In this document: positions 62,409 to 64,000 of the stretch, piece by piece
Layout: the number at the start of each line of letters is the position of its first letter
Position numbering within the stretch: the stretch's first letter is position 1
Assembly: GCF_009914755.1 (NCBI RefSeq)
Contig: NC_060947.1
Reading direction: 5' to 3' (one strand)
Source of the DNA: the human T2T-CHM13v2.0 reference genome, Homo sapiens
Length of the DNA stretch: 64,000 nucleotides
Notes under the pieces: model-generated
What the model saw: the letters and a program-made list of their open reading frames with translations, nothing else
What the model was told of the DNA's origin: nothing
Database searches by the model: none
Translations under genes and position numbers: made by a program

Positions 62409-64000
62409 TCCTGTCCTTCTAGCAGGCTGAATTTAACTAGAAAAATGCATACTCTATCTGACACAACTACACACCTAGAAATTGTGCTATTATCATAAGA
62501 GTCCCCATTTTCTAAAAAGGCCAAATATCCTAAGGGAAGCATCATGGCCAGTTTTAAAGTCAGCTCATTGTAGTAAATGTACGCTAGTCTGAAGGGTTGT
62601 GAAGCTTGTTCTTTCCCCTTCTCTATTTAGCCCATCCTTTGAAAGTCCACTGTTTTGTAATGGAGTAATTCCCTCAGGTTTATTTACTCTATACTTAGCT
62701 GGAATCCAGGGCCACAATGAAGCTCCTGAAATCTTGTTTTTGTCCTGCTGGGACCATAGACTGGCCTGTCCCTAGTTCCCTGTGTCCAGGAACTAGGGAT
62801 TTTCTGAGAACAATCTTGGCACACACTTACAGGTTACCAGTGTTGTTCCATTATTGAATTGGAGACTGATTCATATAGATTATTCTTCACACAGTCAGAT
62901 CGTATTTGATTCATTTGAAAAAGAATTGTGAAGACTTTCTGTTTTATTTTTGGATTATTATGCATTTTCCATCTTTGTTGCAGGTTTCTTTTTTCATTTA
63001 ATAGGCTTTGGGAAGGATTGAAAGGTAAATGCTTGCACTCAAATCACCATCTAAAAATTTAAACCTAAAGCCATTTTCTAAAATGCTGTTATTTAGAATA
63101 ATAATTTACTCTTATCTATACCCTTTGCCATTCCTTATTTTTTACTGTGCTGAAAAACCTTTAATGGTTCAACATTCTCCCACCAAAATACAACTCAAGA
63201 AACCTTGCATTTATTAGATCCCTAAATCTATCCCCTACCAACTTTTCCAACTTATCTCCCTGTCTCTCCACATAAGACACCTGTCTGTTTCAACCAAACA
63301 ACTCTGTTCATTGTTTCCCAGACAGCCCTGCCTCTGACACTTTAGTTGGGCTATCCGGATATCCAGCATGTGCTCTTCCATCCATGTCTGTATAAACATT
63401 TAAGAACTGACTAGTCATCCAGGATGCTACTTTAAAATCTGACTCAATGAATATGGAATCGAAGAGGGAAAAACATATCTTTGTTTTGATTGGCAGACCA
63501 AACTTTGATGGAATTAGGAGGCTCAGATAGGAATTGAAAGAAGCTATCTTACACTTCAAAATTGTCAATAAGTTTCAAGAACACAAAAGATTATATCAAT
63601 ACTAGGAGTTATTTAGATAGATACAAGTCCTGGAGTGGTGTGATTTTAGTAACACAAACCAATACAAATATTAACATTTGCCTGGTCAAGAGGATGGCGT
63701 AAGTAGCCCAAAACAAAACAAAACAAAAACCCTAGAACTCATATAGGCAGATTCCCATGAGTTTAGACAAAATTCCACTGGCTGTCGTTCATTCTACGTA
63801 TAAAAACTTCTAACACTTAGTTTTTATCTAATCCACCTAAAAGCAAGCAAATACAAATAACAAAATAAAACATAGTTTCTTCAGATGCCATAATAAGTGA
63901 ATTGCTAATAGGGCATTACAAAAATTATCATTTTCCCATTTACCAAAATTGTGAATTAATCTTATGCAAGTTTTCCTGGGCTCATTTTTGATAAAACTTT

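Overview
AT-rich, repeat-dense primate genomic DNA, most likely hominoid (Alu S/J, an L1PA3-like LINE-1 and HSMAR2 are present). It looks intronic or intergenic. I cannot support any host protein-coding exon, RNA gene or CRISPR array. The recognisable ORFs in the supplied track are L1, Alu or mariner read-through, and the rest look like chance frames. I did not find a convincing new biological system. The most notable observations are: (1) a 5'-truncated L1PA3-like insertion with an uninterrupted ~935-codon ORF2 remnant and a 74-bp 3' transduction with its own AATAAA, second poly(A) and 11-bp TSD; (2) a candidate decayed Ty3/Gypsy-like LTR element at ~50.5-54.2 kb (tRNA-Leu PBS, RNase H- and integrase-like motifs, PPT+TG); (3) a full-length HSMAR2 mariner; (4) a perfect 29-bp hairpin minisatellite; (5) two multi-level nested insertion stacks with readable TSDs; (6) several small template-switch-like palindromes and tandem duplications. 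Repeat subfamily names come from recalled consensus sequences, not from a search, and boundaries of old repeats are approximate.
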